A stretch of DNA of 63,991 nucleotides, the filler included, from Asterionella formosa (lineage: Eukaryota): NCBI GenBank assembly GCA_002256025.1. It is 8 parts of 8 records of this genome, joined end to end, with 100 filler letters (N's around TTAATTAATTAA, not from the genome) between each part and the next. Parts side by side here need not be neighbours in the genome. Positions count along the whole stretch, not along the records: positions 8,048 to 15,989 come from NKIB01012359.1; positions 16,090 to 24,002 come from NKIB01012360.1; positions 24,103 to 32,006 come from NKIB01012361.1; 5 more parts are not named here. The stretch is one strand, 5' to 3'. How positions within the stretch are numbered: position 1 is the first letter of the stretch; each line of letters starts with the position of its first letter. Positions 12,201 to 24,953 of this stretch are shown in pieces. The notes below the pieces were generated by a model. It saw nothing but the letters and a program-made list of their open reading frames with translations. It had not been told where the DNA came from and did not search any database. The position numbers and the translations under genes were made by a program.

Positions 12201-13198
12201 ACGCTAGTCATGTTGTCATGTCCGCTGTAAAATTGATGAATCAAATCATAACTCCAAACAATTCCTGTGGAGTTGAACCAAAGCAATTCAGGTCGCAGAA
12301 GGAACGACAACAGCAAGCAGGTCAACAGTCGGAATCCTTAGCGAAGAAGTTATATGATGAGACCTTCGGGATCAGCTACGATCCACTTACTCAGTTCTGT
12401 GTGGTTTTTTCGGCTTTGATTCATGACATGGACCACCTTGGTGTTCCAAACGATCAGTTAGTGAAGGAACGAAATCGGGTTGCAATGAAGTTTGGTGAAA
12501 AGAGTGCCGCGGAACAAAACTCTGTCTACATTGCATGGCGATTATTGATGGAGCCCTCATACGAGGCACTACGAGCATGTATCTTCTCAAATGATGAAGA
12601 GCGGAAGAGATTCCGGCAATTGCTTGTTAATGCTGTGATGGCGACCGATATCATGGACAAGGAACTCCAAAATACCAGAAAGATTCGATGGGAAAAGGCC
12701 TTTAAGGAGCAAGCGAATCCAGAACTGGGAGATGTATCATACAACAGAAACCGCAAGGCGACCTGTGTCATTGAGCACATCATTCAAGCGTCTGATGTTG
12801 CTCACACAATGCAGCATTGGCATATCTTTCGAAGGTGGAATGCGATGTTATTTAACGAAATGAATTTAGTGTACAAGCAAGGACGAACATCGGTTGATCC
12901 CTCTGTGGGCTGGTACGAATCCCAGATTGGTTTCTTCGATTATTACGTCATTCCTTTGGCCCAAAAACTTAAAGATAGTGGCGTCTTTGGCATTGCTGGT
13001 ACTGAATACCTGTTGTACGCTGTAGAAAACCGACGAGAGTGGGTAGCAAAGGGACGAGAAGAAACTGATATGATGCTGGTTAATTTTAACCTAATGTATC
13101 AAGAAATGTGGAAAGAGAAGAAAACGGTAAACGAAGAAAACAGTCGAGTCACTGAAATGTTGGAGGCCGACGATTCAAATGATGGGAAAATGAATTGA
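9212..13198 (+). CDS. Membrane-bound class III nucleotidyl (guanylate/adenylate) cyclase fused to a cyclic-nucleotide phosphodiesterase
   Basis: 1328-aa intronless ORF with two TM helices flanking an extracellular (CHASE-like) region. Cyclase motifs FADIAGFTAWS, KIETIGDCY, GLHSGPV and QLFGDTMNTAARME. PDE motifs HPFHNLEHASHV, LIHDMDH and IQASDVAH. Confidence 0.93.
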   Translation: MNAKMAEAAPTLLTIGTKTARRFSFLGRTSLDLTSPPPAQAVEDDQSSVHLSEIEEHVHELRRSSICHDTVVDETIIAKKETRRVFVLKCLVICLLVVVAIALSAVTFSILSSRQQDNYRAEFRYYANKILVATHDAARLTAWTAQSVAAAYTSELRRTPERWPNVTLWDFEQRVLGASHLAKADFIAFSPLVTNEARLGWEEYANEHLSWLDDSLGTVEVSVDGRSTYSSEFLNATTQANQTNPSFCVGVGPSSTIGCRHVSEGIWSFDLNNTSVTATGKGPFLPIWQLAPWSVLMKAQITMADAFSIPIINRAFKTVVETQVPELSETLFDSSLDPEPHLFLIYPVFDSFNNNKKKVVGTISIHLKWSTFFNNLFENGTVRFVTVVENSCGQAFTFDIDGPEATFIGSGDFHDPTFRSDELNWTIGFDKSKSNVSFWNSMTGHDEPFDLDNGTLQHCSYVVHVYPTQLFSNYYRTKTPAIATTIVACIFFFVITVFLCYDFLVERRQSVVLQSATKSISLINSLFPRMVRDRVMQRRSNEEGTCDSVHRDPSLSKSSDFMQARDKSKTNKIVLNTMMGNPKLRLKSFLTQVATAAKRTGDDDDEEPIAELFSDTTVMFADIAGFTAWSSEREPTQVFRLLETLYRAFDDIATRFGVFKIETIGDCYVAVAGLPDPNEHHAAVMTWFAYECVRQMKSLVNELEVKLGPGTSDLRLRVGLHSGPVTAGVLRGEKERFQLFGDTMNTAARMESTGAINLIHASYETAQLLIADDKGSWVTPRDGVVFAKGKGEMQTYWLKPRRDGSVKSQGVGRIDNNESSCGSSTIDTQPRHTFPYGKASEYYRKYKSSVFEPNVEIGSTRWGSLSLNESLSSRPGISNHRRDLKKRSRLVDWNVDLLLGFLVKVVSNRIQKEEGTKQRSISEEGHLIGCDDQSQNSTSILQEVTEVIELPSFEQQYPTHLMTEDVTLSPLIRVQLHDFVTRIAAMYRDHPFHNLEHASHVVMSAVKLMNQIITPNNSCGVEPKQFRSQKERQQQAGQQSESLAKKLYDETFGISYDPLTQFCVVFSALIHDMDHLGVPNDQLVKERNRVAMKFGEKSAAEQNSVYIAWRLLMEPSYEALRACIFSNDEERKRFRQLLVNAVMATDIMDKELQNTRKIRWEKAFKEQANPELGDVSYNRNRKATCVIEHIIQASDVAHTMQHWHIFRRWNAMLFNEMNLVYKQGRTSVDPSVGWYESQIGFFDYYVIPLAQKLKDSGVFGIAGTEYLLYAVENRREWVAKGREETDMMLVNFNLMYQEMWKEKKTVNEENSRVTEMLEADDSNDGKMN

Positions 13199-13911
13199 GG
13201 CGACTTCCGGCAGTATTTCGTTTTCGTAACTTTCGTCGCCCTTTTGTTTGGCTTTTTAAATTTTCAAATTAAAATCTGCCTACATAGAACATGTTTGCTT
13301 CTCTACTCGTTCCCCATCACATGTAGTGCGGATTATCTGAAACGATATCATCCGCCTTTTTGTTTCACCACGGTGTGACGTAAAACCCAGACTACAGGAT
13401 AGAAGTAGTTGAGGCCACATTCGAGGAAAAAGAGTCAAACTGGAAAAGTCGTGACTCCATTTCTTGCCAAACTTCGTCATTTCAGCATCATGAATATCTT
13501 TGGGGTTCCGACGATTGGACATGCGGATTTAAGAGGAGGTAGGAACAGTTCTCTGCGGCCATTTATCATCCTACTACAACAGAAGTACCTGGTAATACGA
13601 TATTTTATACATACTTTAGTGCAATACATAGCCTACATGCTCGAAAATCATTCTTGTTTTATCGACAATGCATAGGAAGCGAGTGATGATTCTTGTATGT
13701 AAACATTTTTCGTCGTTACCTCCACTCCCAATATTGGAATCCGCCCGTAGGTTCATATTCTTGATGATATGAGAAAGTTTTCTTTTTTTAAGTACAGTTT
13801 CTCTTGCTATTATATAGACTACACAGTTTCCTAAATAGTAACCCTGTTGTTTTGTAACGTTTCTGCAAACAACGCATTCCCACATCACAAATCGTGGTGG
13901 TTTTAATTTCA

Positions 13912-15378
13912 TCACACAATTGGAGGAGCATTGGATGGCAATCCAGTTTCAGTGCAGCAGGTTGAATTGTATGTATCATAATCTGCCGTATGACGTAGAA
14001 TCTGAGCAATAGCAAGATGTGTGCAACACAAGGCCACACCGAAATCTTCACAGCCTGTGGGACAAGCTTCATGTTCAGGAATAGCATACTTCTTTCGGAC
14101 GTGAGCTCTGGTGACACATTATGGGCAACATATGTAATGTAATGGTAGGTATTCATCAGGTGGATATAAAGGATGACATGAGCAAAATGAGAATGTCAAC
14201 AATATCTATAATCAAAATCACACACATCATACAGCATGAAACAAGAAACAGGAAGGGCAGTGGAAGACAAAGCTAAAATTACATACCTGACATTCCAGAC
14301 AATGTATACACAAAAAGCCAAATATGTGTACAATAAGAAGGTCCGAATGAACACCAATAGCACCACAAAATCTGATGCATTTGCGGGATTAACATCCCCA
14401 TCTCCGATGCCAATTTTGATCATAAAATAAACCAACCAGAATGCAATGGTAGGGTACAGAATGGACTCAAAAACACCAGTAATTTCCTCTATTGTCCCAG
14501 GCTTGCCTTTCCAATTCAACTTGAGTCTAGAAATGGCTTGACCAGTGGCGACTGATAGTGGTACATGGGTAGTACAAACACATTATTTGGATGAGTTTGA
14601 AGACTCCAAAAAAGTAACAACATCATTTATGATTCATGTCATGACAAAATGCACTTACTCGGAACGCACCAGCACGAGAGACACAAATGGTTATGACACG
14701 GTCCATACTCAAAACAATTGAATATGCTATCTTTCCAAGCACCAACAGGTACGTTCATCGTTCTAGTGGACACGATGTTACCTCCGTAGGGGACTGAGAA
14801 TTTCTGGCCTTGCTCAATCCCACCTGGGGGCACAGTGACCTTGAAGGCCTGTCCTCCGATCTGTGCGTCAAATTCATAGCCCTCTCTGAGGTTAGCCGGG
14901 GCGACGACTTCAACCATGGGCTGTACATATTAAGTGTCCACGAGTGAGTGAGTAATGTGAGCGGGTTAAAGTTGCAAAGCTTGACAGAGGCGACCAATCC
15001 AATCAGAACATAAGGACCCCTCCGAGAGAAGATTAGACGTTTGTTTCACTGTCACTGCATCTTCCGCTCGACTATTTCTGCATGACACCACACGCCATGC
15101 TGAGCCGTTCCAGCAACTGAACATACGTGCGACTCGAAATCTCTGAGCAAGTGTTGTTCTTTCGTCCTCGAGATCATGGTGTGGATCTGAATGGATCTGA
15201 AACTGAATCCGTCCTCTACAGGAACCCATCTACCGGTTCAGTCCTACGCGGTTGCGGTACGTACCGTGGCCACGGCAGTGCGCAGGACTTGATCTGGGGC
15301 AGGACCCACGAGGTTCTGCTGCAACGACTCATAGGCTCCCTTGTCGTCCTCCGAGGACATTCCCATTAAGCCCATCAT
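13912..15378 (-). CDS. PLAC8/DUF614-family Cys-rich membrane protein, 4 exons (15378-15265, 14920-14659, 14551-14287, 14107-13912)
   Basis: GT-AG introns join in frame: MMGLMG...; VEVVAPANLREGY...GAWKDSIFNCF...CWCVP; GQAISRLKLNW plus 2 TMs; RKKYAIPE...CEDF...CC...IAQILRHTADYD. Confidence 0.85.
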
Positions 15379-16884
15379 TTGCAGGGATGAGGACGATGGC
15401 TGCGATAAAATATGAGTACCTGTACCGGTAGACTACTCAGGAGTACTTGTAATGTACCTGTAGTTTGCCTGCGAGAGCGAACGATGGAGTACCCTGGTAG
15501 GAGTACCTGGTATGGTAGTTAACAAGAGGCGAAATTGTAAAACATTAGTATGAACGATGGATGTGCTCACCGGTATCAATCTCATGTACCGGTACTGGTA
15601 CCCATGTTCATGGCAGTAAGAAATCTACTGGTGCTTGAGGAGCGCCATAAGTACTCGTACATGGAGATGGTATCATATCTATTACATCCATGAATAAAAA
15701 TATACATGTATACCGGTAGTTAGGTACCTGTACATACGGTAGGTACATTCAGACATGACTAATTTTTAAGAGCTAATGCAGAGGTGTTCTCCAAAACGGT
15801 GAAACAGTATTTAGGCCGTTGCTAACCGTTGACCCAAACCAAAACCCAAAAACTTTTTTTTGGGATTGGTTTTGGTTTTGGTCAACTGACGAAAAAACGA
15901 TGCTATCGGTTTTTGGGAAATCCTAAATGCTGTCAACCACCCATCTACTGTGACGTAGGATGACAAAACCATTATAAAAAAAGTAAAATNNNNNNNNNNN
16001 NNNNNNNNNNNNNNNNNNNNNNNNNNNNNNNNNTTAATTAATTAANNNNNNNNNNNNNNNNNNNNNNNNNNNNNNNNNNNNNNNNNNNNTGTTCCAACAG
16101 AAGTGAATAGGTCCAACGAGCGACAAGAGCACTTACGCAATTTGGTTTTGTTTTACATTGGTGCTCCCCAACAAGCGAAACGAGCTGTTGAATCAACTGA
16201 GAAAAAAGGAAATGTGGCTGCGTTTAGTTAACAATTTGTTGTTGTGCTGCCTGTCTCCCAACGATTGTCATCCAAGTACCACATTGATGGCTTCATTAAC
16301 TTAAAGATTCTCCATCCTTCAAAGGCGCAATGTGTCGAAGTCACGATGTTTTTCGTTATGTATTGCGTAAACTTTCTTTTCTTGTCATGTGCTTTACTAT
16401 GACGTATCTTTTCATGAAGCAGCAGGCATTGTTTGTTAACATGACAGAACGATTTCAAAACTATATATGCCATGAATATAGTAATAAAATTTGTAAATAT
16501 ATATATATATATATAATGTTATACATTTATAAAATTCAAAGGCGCTCTCGATATGGAACATCTGATATGGTTAAAATGATCATACTTGCATATACTTAAT
16601 TCGAAAATACTCAATGCACTATATGTCCATTGTTTTCCACGACTAAGACGTGTACCGGTATCATTTCTGAAATTTGTTTGCATCGATATTTTCTACATCC
16701 GTTGAAACTAATTATTTAGACAATTCAATTGGTGTAAGTCATAACCGCCAGGGTTTTGGTAGCAAATTGTTTAAGCCCCTTTTTTGGTTGGGAGCTCTTC
16801 ATGTGTACCGGTACATCATATGACAATAACAATATATCATATATATACAGAGTACCAGTAGCAGATAGTAATTGATATACTGGG

Positions 16885-17175
16885 GGTAGTCGGAGTAGTA
16901 AACTAGCAGCAGAACACCATATGTTCAGGGCTGTTGCTACTGCAGTGGGACAGTAAATCATCATAGTTTTAGGATCGTATGATCCTAAAACTAAAAACCA
17001 ATAGAACACCATATTTTCAGGACTGTTGCTACTGCAGTGGGACAGTAAATCATCATAATTTTAGGATTGTATGATTGTGAAACTGAAAAGCGGTAGTCGG
17101 AGTAATAAGCAAGCAATAGAACACCATATGTCTATGACTGCTGCTACTTCAGCGGGACAATAAATGAATTTAAGA
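16885..17175. repeat. Three imperfect tandem units of about 92-115 bp
   Basis: AGAACACCATAT...CTGTTGCTACTGCAGTGGGACAGTAAAT at 16911, 17003 and 17118 (third copy more diverged). Confidence 0.85.
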
Positions 17176-18599
17176 TCATCGAACTTTAAGGAAGACAACG
17201 ACAACAGTTATCAAGTAGTACAATGTCTTCAAGAAACCATAAAGAGGTTCATGGAAACAAGCGACATGTGGGAAATACTGCCGGTATGGAACAAAGAAGC
17301 AAGTTCCAAAATGAGTTTACAAAGAAAAAGCGAATAGGCGATTATCCAAAGCAACCCAATCGGCGATTGGCAGACGTTGGGGGTAATACCCCATAGTCGA
17401 TGGGGACACCATCAGCTACAAGTACAAAGGATCCCGTAATAGATAATGACAGTAATGATGACGTGAAATTGATAGTGAAAGCGATGATGAAATTTCTTTT
17501 TCAGTTGATGATACAAGAAAAATGGCTCCTGTCGATGATGACATTAATAACTCCCGGATGCAGATGGACGACATGGTACCATATCATAAATTTTCTAATC
17601 GCACGGACCAACAAGTACATGACAATCTGAGGGAAAAACATTTTGCACTTGCCAAAGGATATTATCAATTGGTCAATGAACTCAATCACTACAAAGGTCG
17701 TAATTCGGTTCAAAACTCGGCTTTCCATACGAGGTTATCAAGACTCTTGGATTTCAGCAGCCTTATCAGAACGTCGTTCTCACTTAGCTAAAATTGAACC
17801 GAACTATCAATTGTCACAAAGGTTGTGAGTTTTATTTTCAAGACCAAGAAGTTTTGCTGTGAACATGTAAGTTTGATGTTATAGTTTGTGAATTGCAGGT
17901 ACAACTGTAAAACAGAATATCAATTAAATGTGCTTTTTTCTGGTCCCAAAAGAGAATCAAACATCCCGCCCTGTCTATCTGGTCCAAGTAGTATGAAAGG
18001 CATTTCCAATCACAAACAGGATTGGTTTGCCCAATGTTGCCTAACTCGGCTATACACAGTGAAACCGGAGTTAGGCAAAGAAGTGGAGAGTGACCCAGAG
18101 CTTGCCGATTTCATACTCTGGACTTTCACAAAAGAATCGATCTGAATATGGAAGGAATCCTAGTGGAATTGCTACTCCCACCACAAATATCATCTACCCA
18201 CACTCATACTTCTCATTTCCCAACGTAAGCAAAGAGGATATGCATGAATTTGTTGAATCACTTCAACCAAATGTTCCTGAAAAGAATATTGATTATAATG
18301 ACCACAAAAAATCAACAGGACATTGATGACGATGTTGATTTTGAATGGATCTACTAATGGAATCCAATGCATACTTAGTAGTTACATAATAATTATAGTT
18401 AGTGTGAGACTTCTACAAATGCAAGCCATATCATAGATGATAGGAAAACATTGATTCTGCTCTATTTACTATTACTATTAGTGCCGCCTGTACTACATGT
18501 AGCGGTATACCTCCATTTTTACTACTATGGTGGAGTGATAATTTCACGACTGTATTTTCCAGCAAAGCATGTTCGAAGTGGCGCTCAATTTATTATTAT

Positions 18600-21500
18600 A
18601 CATCAATTCATTTTCATTCTATCCTTTTCATATCCTGACTTGGTCATCATTCGCAATTTGCAATGTCTTAGCGCACATTGCAATGGTGTTATCTGTGTAA
18701 CTACAAATTTCGGAAGAACAAATCCCAATCTGAGTCTCACAATCGAAATTGTAGCAACCGTGTTTTTTATGCATATGGTCACTGTCGACATTGCATGCAG
18801 GAACATCGAGTTCCTGGAATACATAGTGAAACTATGTATTGCGGAATTAGAACTCATGTTATTCCTCAACGAGAATTATCTTCCACCAGTTTACTTTGAT
18901 CATCTAATGAAATGGCTGTTCAAGGCAAAAGCGATGAAATATTTTGATGGAAGGTATCAAGCTCCATCCTACCAGACTTTGAAAAAACGCATGGATATTT
19001 CATTTCCACCAACATTAGCTGGTGGTCAACTGTTGACCAAACAAAAAACAGATTAATAACAATTCAAATATGATCATCCCACGCACACTCCATTATTTCG
19101 AACCACCAGTACAGCTCATGGCAGGATTGCTACGTGATTCCGATATCATGCAACATTTTGTATGTCACCCACAAGTGAAACTTACAACTTGTGGAGAACG
19201 CATATATAACGAAGTAACTTCTGCGACTTGGTTTGAAAATGCATTCAACAATTCTCCTGCATCAGAAAATGGAGTGTTGAAGACAGGGTGTTTATTTGTT
19301 GCCCTAGCAGTTTTCAGTGATGGTTCACCTATTGATAAACAAATGAAACATTCCGAGCATCCGTTTTTGCTGACAATGTTAAACTTAACGTTAGAAGGAA
19401 GAAAAAAAGTTGATGGATGGCAATTGGTATGCATCTCTTTTGCCAGACATTGAAGTCAGTGATCTGGAGAAACAAATGAATAATAAGTTATCTGGTGACG
19501 ACTTGTCCTTGTGTAGACTCAAATTATATCATTCTGTTACAGGATTTCTATTGTCGCCTTTCGAAGATCCAAACAAGTCATATGATATTTGGGTTCATGG
19601 TCTTGGTATTTCAAAAGTTTATTTCCAGATTGGAATGATCATTGGTGATACAGAAGAACACAATAAAATTTGTGGCTTCAGGGGTGGTAATGGATTATAT
19701 CAACGATATGACAACCTGGTTTCAACTGAGGATGCTGATAATCCTGATATTGGATGTGAACGTTGTAAAGTGTCAGATGTTAAAAAGTTTTTAAACAAGT
19801 TTCTTGACAAAAATGCATATCCCTATGGAAAATTGCCATGTATCCCACCTGAGTATTGTGTCTCCCAATCTAATGGCAAATACGCAACAGCAAACGAGTG
19901 GTGCTGTGTTATATCGCATAATCCTATTATGTCTGCACTAATAAATCATTTTTTTGGTGGTGACTTAGAAGGATTATTTGGTGCAACTCCATTTGAGGTT
20001 CTTCATCAATTACTACTTGGAATTTCTAGTACATTTTGGAATCTTTGTACAATTATCGGACTATCCCTGAAGAATGGACATGTTTTTTTAAAGAAAGAAA
20101 ATCTCCAGATATTCCAGAAAACATCTCCGATCATAAACGTAACACTGAAACAACAGACTCTGCTTTTCTTGATCAAGAGCAACCGAAGAAACAGGCAAAG
20201 ACCAAAAAGGACACACGCACCAGTTATCAAAAATATCTACACTGGCAAAAATCAAGACCCAACACTTGTACCAGCACCAGAAATGTATTTTCGAAACTAT
20301 ACTTCAAACAAAGTGGCTGCTAGATATATCAATAGTCATTGGGAAAGGCAAAGCGATCGTGATATTCCAAAATTGTCATACAGATTGTCGAAAATGTCAG
20401 GGCAAGAAATCCCTGGATTATGTCTGTTAACTATTTTTTCAATGGGTGGAATGATGGGTTCAGAGAACATGCACCTAGAAAAGGATTTCACATTGCTGTT
20501 ATGGTTATGTATATCTATCAATGACACTTTATTTATACCACAATATACATCAACATGTATTGATATTATAGAGGAAAGGATGAAGAGATTTATGTCAGTT
20601 ACTAAGATTATGATTGGTCCCCAACGGGAAATGATATCTCAAATTGGCTTACGAATGGCAAAATTTCATGGAATGAAACATTACCCTCATCTGATTAGGA
20701 AGTTCGGATCTCCTCTTAATTTCTTTGGTGGATATTTGGAGTCTTTTTTGAAAGACAAATTGAAACGACCCAGTAAGCGTGTCAATGGACAATTACATCG
20801 ATTAAAGCATGACATTTTAACAAGGTCATATGAAACAAGGCAGTTTGCCTTGGCACGAAAAATTGTTTTTGTAAGTGATTCATTACATACAAAAAACAAA
20901 CAAAAGAAGATGAGTAGAGAAAATTCCATCAATGTAAATGAGGGTATTTTAACAGAAATTGATTTCGAAGGAATGATTCCGGATACAATGATGTTGCCTA
21001 GTAGGTCGCCTGAAAATGTGGGAATATCGACTACCAAAATCCATTTTGTCTCAATTGGTTCATCCTGATTTACCGAAGGGGGCCAACTACGTTAAGGGCA
21101 TTGCGAATTCAGCAATAGAAATAGCAAGAATCAAAAGGCTTGATGATGGGGTTGGGCCTGTTTCCATTCTAAGGATTGACTTTTATTATCATGTTAAAAT
21201 TGAAAGTACCGTTCCCGGCCAAACTACTATTTTCAGATGCCATCCGAAATGGAATAATGATTCAAAGGCAGGAATCTCTGGTCGTGAATGGTTTGACTGG
21301 GTCGAAGTGAACTGGGAGAAGGGAGATGGATCAAGCTGCTTCCTACACAGTTCCTGCAAAACTACTTCTTTGGGGAAATGTTATGTTCTCCAACTCAACA
21401 AACATTCTCTTAGCGTGTATTCGTTCCTTGAAAAGTTCAACTGAAATGAAATTCATAAACGTATGTTTTTTGCAAGAGGAGACACCTTATGCAATGATAC

Positions 21501-21680
21501 AACTGAATTGAGCGTTGTTGAATTTCATAACATACTTTCGGCAGCATTTGTTGTTCCTGCTTTGAAACCACAGGAATCAAGGAAATCTCTGAAACCAGCC
21601 GCAAGAAGTTTTGGAACAGATACGGAAAGATAATTTTTATGTTGCCATGCCTCCACATAATTTATGGAAATCAATCGGGT
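18600..21680 (+). pseudogene. Plavaka-type transposase (CACTA/Mirage-related), frameshifted
   Basis: RIYNEVTSATWFE, ALAVFSDGS, HPFLLTMLNL...RKK..GW, IIGDTEEHNKICG, PFEVLHQLLLG, KFHGMKHYPHLIRKFGSP.NF.G..ES, FRCHP...WFDWVEVNW and VPAKL, spread over several frames, with an upstream Cys/His finger-like segment. Confidence 0.85.
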
Positions 21681-21827
21681 GGGACCAAAAACTAACAAGC
21701 GAACGTTGATAATTATATAAGAATAATAAAAATGATAATGGTAACAATATAGTTTCGCATACTAAATTGGTAATTATGAGGTTTTCACAAACTACAATTT
21801 ACTAAGAAATGATTATCCAATGATCCA

Positions 21828-24002
21828 TTATTTGTTCTTTTTCACTCCCAAAGAACCTAAGATGGTCCTTCTCGTTTCGTCCGAAATTTCGCCCCTCCAC
21901 TTTTGAACTGCAGTTCGATATGAGTCTGCAAAATTCTTCTTTAAGTTGATTTCAGAAGGGCTATCATCAGATACAAAATTTTCTTTCAACTTTTTGTCAA
22001 TTTTGATGCATCCAGAAATTTGGCCAAGAGGTGCATGATGATACCATTTGAAGGGAGCAAGTTTGTCATTACTTTGTTGTATCATGGATTTTACGAAGAC
22101 AACTTCATCCTTCTTGAAAGAAGAGTTGCAAGGAACTCGTCCAAATACTTCGTTCAACATTTTTAAATCTAAATAGGATGTCAAAATTTTGTCGATACAA
22201 AATTGAAGAACAGCTATTTCCAACTGAAACATATCCTCACGAGAATTTATCGTTGTCACTTGAGGCCAAACTGTTCCAAGATGAAAGTATGTTGACTTGG
22301 TTGGTGGGTCAGATGTAATGGATAAGAAATCGTCTGTTCGATCTGTTGCTGCCACCTGACGTTTTAAAGCTTTCCAGGACTCAGTCTCCAAACGGAAATG
22401 TGCCCGTTTGCCAAGAAATTTGGTTTTGCCATTCCTTTCTAATTGCAATAGAGTTTCCAACACTGCCTTTCACAATTGTAAAAGGTCCACATGACCAGCC
22501 ACTGTCATCTTCTGGTTGAAATAACATGGAATCATGTTCAGTGGCCATACTGATCTGCAATGGTGCTTTGGTACCAGTATAGAAAGATTCCGAGAAGAGA
22601 ACCCAATTTCTTCAGGTATATGGGATTCTTGTGGAAGATATCCTGTATCGGTGCATAACAATTCCAATTCCTTTCTGCATCTGGGGATGATGCAGTACTT
22701 ACAAGCAAGGTGAAATACTTGATCATAATGTTCGTCCAAACTTGCATCTTTTCCTGGATCAAGGACTTGACATAATCCATCTTTTATAGCAAAAAGATAA
22801 TGCACAAAATCATTGTTTTCCTCCTCATCTGATCTTTTGCAATACACAATTAGCACATAGTTACTTTCGTGATGAAGTGGATGACAATCACCTTGGTATA
22901 TATATGGATTGTTATTACCCTTTTCTGGATTCTCATCCAGATCAAATGTAGCTAACCTTTACATCACTTGGATGAAGTTCATGAAATATATAATGGATCA
23001 TAGAGGAAATTGTTTCAAGGTCCCAATATGCAAGATCTTTAAAATCTGAAGATGATTTTTTGATACCTTTGACTCCATAAAATACAGAGGAGCAATTGCA
23101 TATATCTTGCGGGGTACGAGTATACAACTCTTTCCACAATTTTAGTTGTCCATGCGATTTCGGCAAACTCAAGGAAAAAGCCGTTTGCTTTGGCATAATA
23201 ACTCTACATATTTCACATGCAAACTCTTCACAAAAATAGCTGCCTTCTGGATTGTTTTCAATGATTTTACAAAGAAATTATTTTTCTTCCATGTATGATT
23301 TGGAAAAAGATTCAATTTTGTGTTTCTGACTTCGTTCCCTATTCAGAGCATCAACTGCCTTAGCCAGCATCGCATCTCTGTCTGCATTGATCTTCTTGAA
23401 TTCGAGGTCTTGATCCAGCTCAGAATTTTTCTTGAATATCTTTTCTTTTAGCAATGCAATAGTTTCTCAGCTTTTATGATGTTTATCTTGATGTTCTGGA
23501 CGGATAGTGCGATATGTTTCTTGGTTTTGCAACTTTGCAATCATTTCTACTTCTGAAGTGTTGTCTGCCACATTTCCGCCGATATTTTCATTCATCGCAT
23601 GAATTTGTCCATCAAATGAATGAGAATCACTGAGTTCTTCTTCATTATCAGCGATTTCGGGAGAATGAGGAGCAAAATACGACACTGGATGGTGGAACTG
23701 TGACTCTGTACGAATAGAGTCTTCATCCACGAAGACCAACTGTTTGGGTTTCCTCTTCGAAAGCAATCTTTCCTTCTTTTCAATCTCAGCCACTATTGTA
23801 TCGGCATACTTCATTATTTTTTCTGGAGTATTATGAATCTGTTCAAATTATTTGATCTTTGAGTGTATTCAAAGGAATCTTCGATTGATTTCATAAGTTT
23901 CTTCATCTTCTTTTCCGAAAACATAAAGTCGTGTAGTGTAAACAATGGAAGTAAGTCTCGTTTCTTGTTTGACTGATCCTTTCCATGAAATCCGTGAAAT
24001 GC
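21828..24002 (-). pseudogene. Decayed gene of unknown function (repeat family), convergent with the Plavaka transposase
   Basis: Fragments LETLLQLERNGKTKFLG, LIVYCKRSDEE...VHYLFAI and HPVSYFAPHSP are nearly identical to those at 35320-37400 (+). Confidence 0.75.
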
Positions 24003-24102
24003 NNNNNNNNNNNNNNNNNNNNNNNNNNNNNNNNNNNNNNNNNNNNTTAATTAATTAANNNNNNNNNNNNNNNNNNNNNNNNNNNNNNNNNNNNNNNNNN
24101 NN

Positions 24103-24909
24103 TGATTTCCAACCGGGAATAAACTATGGAGTAAAAATATTCTCCGGCCGAGACCCAAACGCTACAACAATTGCATACAAATTATCAGAATCAAGAACCA
24201 AATCTTTAGGGATGACATCCAACACACAGAGCACATGGGAAGGCAGGTCAAAGAGACTTCGAAATAAAAGCAATGATCATGCAATAAAAAAAAATTCAAA
24301 GAAGATGAGTAGAGGAGATACAAACCAAGCACACCGAGCAATATGCTTGGGGGCACAAATGACATATTCACTTCCAGTCACTAGCAGAATGAGCTCAGAA
24401 GAACTCGAAAATATTCAAAGAAAAGCCAGAAGAGAAAGGCCGGCTGGGAAAACTGGGATTCAACCAAATTGTTCCGAAAGCTGTTGTATTTGGTCCAAGC
24501 ACAAAAGGAGGATTGAAAATGGTGGATTTGGCGATATTAGAGCAGGGTATATGAGCCGCAGAAAACTTTCTTTTCCACAAATATGCAAACAATGAATTCA
24601 CGAAAAAATGGACATATCACCGCAGATAAGTCAACTTGAATCTGGCAGAACGGAAAGACTTCGTTTCCTTGCTTATTCTCAAAATTTAAGATACATTAGT
24701 ACCGTTGACAGTAAAAATCAAGTTGATCAAAGCACATCAAGAAAATGGAACAGCAAAGGAGAAACACACAATATCCGCAGAAATGAACATCACAGCGGAT
24801 GCTATGGAAATCAAACTTTCCGCAAAGATTAACATCGGCAGCAACTGGGGGGGGGNNNNNNNNNNCCCCCCCCCCCACACCCCCCCCCCCCCCCCCCCCC
24901 ACCCCCCCC

Positions 24910-24953
<44 letters not shown>

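Noticed and set aside
15240..15400. GC-rich segment resembling an ncRNA
   Set aside because: It is explained as exon 1 of the PLAC8 gene, with a valid splice donor.
15779..15989. Possible hAT-like transposon end (CAGAGG start, AAACC motifs)
   Set aside because: It is truncated by the contig end, and there is no partner TIR or TSD to support it.
16885..17175. Possible CRISPR-like array
   Set aside because: The whole units are duplicated, there are no unique spacers and no cas genes, and the context is a eukaryotic TE.
24847..24953. Poly-G/poly-C tract giving poly-Pro/Gly ORFs, or a G-quadruplex
   Set aside because: It flanks an N gap inside a LINE remnant and is most likely a sequencing or assembly artefact.
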